A stretch of 48,932 nucleotides of DNA from an uncultured Bacilli bacterium (GTDB lineage Bacteria > Bacillota_I > Bacilli_A > RF39 > UBA660), in the NCBI GenBank assembly GCA_947628565.1, contig CANRAH010000012.1:1-48932 (forward strand), given 5' to 3'. The notes under the pieces are model-generated. The model did not search any database. It saw only the letters and a list, made by a program, of their open reading frames with translations, and was not told the DNA's origin. How positions within the stretch are numbered: the stretch's first letter is position 1; each line of letters begins with the position of its first letter. The position numbers were made by a program, and so were the translations under genes. Of this stretch, positions 48,848-48,932 are shown piece by piece.

Positions 48848-48932
48848 TAAAGGTCAAACACTAGTAAGGCGTTATATTATGAATAATAAAGGTCAAACAC
48901 TAGTAAGGCGTTATATTATGAATAATAAAGGT
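48820..48932 (+). repeat. perfect 39-bp direct tandem repeat, about 2.9 copies, truncated by window end
   Basis: Unit cactagtaaggcgttatattatgaataataaaggtcaaa repeated at 48820, 48859, 48898 with no mismatches. Confidence 0.7.

Noticed and set aside
48817-48932. Possible CRISPR array
   Set aside because: Repeat units are contiguous with no spacers, only 3 copies, and they are coding. This is a tandem duplication, not CRISPR.
1-48932. Mollicute-type genetic code (TGA=Trp) given the extreme AT content
   Set aside because: TGA terminates several well-conserved genes at the expected length (e.g. rnhC, yqfC), so code 11 applies.

Overview
This is an AT-rich (about 27% GC) chromosomal segment from a low-GC Firmicute using standard code 11 (TGA is a stop). 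It is probably a Clostridia-like spore-former: it carries yqfC/yqfD, a YjcZ-like tiny membrane protein and an FtsW/SpoVE-family gene. Most of the window is housekeeping. Identified genes include an Ogg-type DNA glycosylase, gltX, tRNA-Glu, a T-box-led type-2 aspS, an SPFH/Zn-ribbon protein, and a DNA-uptake/type IV pilus set (PilB/ComGA-like ATPase, two prepilins, comEA, comEC). Also present are def, rpsO-pnp, ndk, rnhC, cvpA, a T-box-led block of two tRNA-Asn genes followed by gatCAB-asnS, yigZ, ppdK, a Nudix hydrolase, priA, a Xer-family recombinase, tdk, and the conserved yqfC-yqfD-ybeY-dgkA-era-yqzL-recO cluster. The window ends with TadE-like pilus genes. No CRISPR array, prophage or obvious defence island was seen. 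The most unusual points are regulatory or structural, and are listed here. A T-box leader is placed directly in front of two tRNA-Asn genes and the gatCAB-asnS operon. A tRNA-Glu appears to carry a CUC anticodon. The 5' end of comEC looks disrupted, with its N-terminal OB-domain segment in another frame across an A-run. A promoter plus a roughly 125-nt terminated leader of unknown class precedes an uncharacterised gene. A repeat protein contains 81-bp coding repeats. A perfect 39-bp tandem repeat at the window edge fuses TadE-like gene end and start motifs. Several lineage-specific hypothetical and coiled-coil gene pairs are also present. CDS coordinates follow the supplied ORF track; coordinates of RNA and regulatory elements are approximate to within a few nt.
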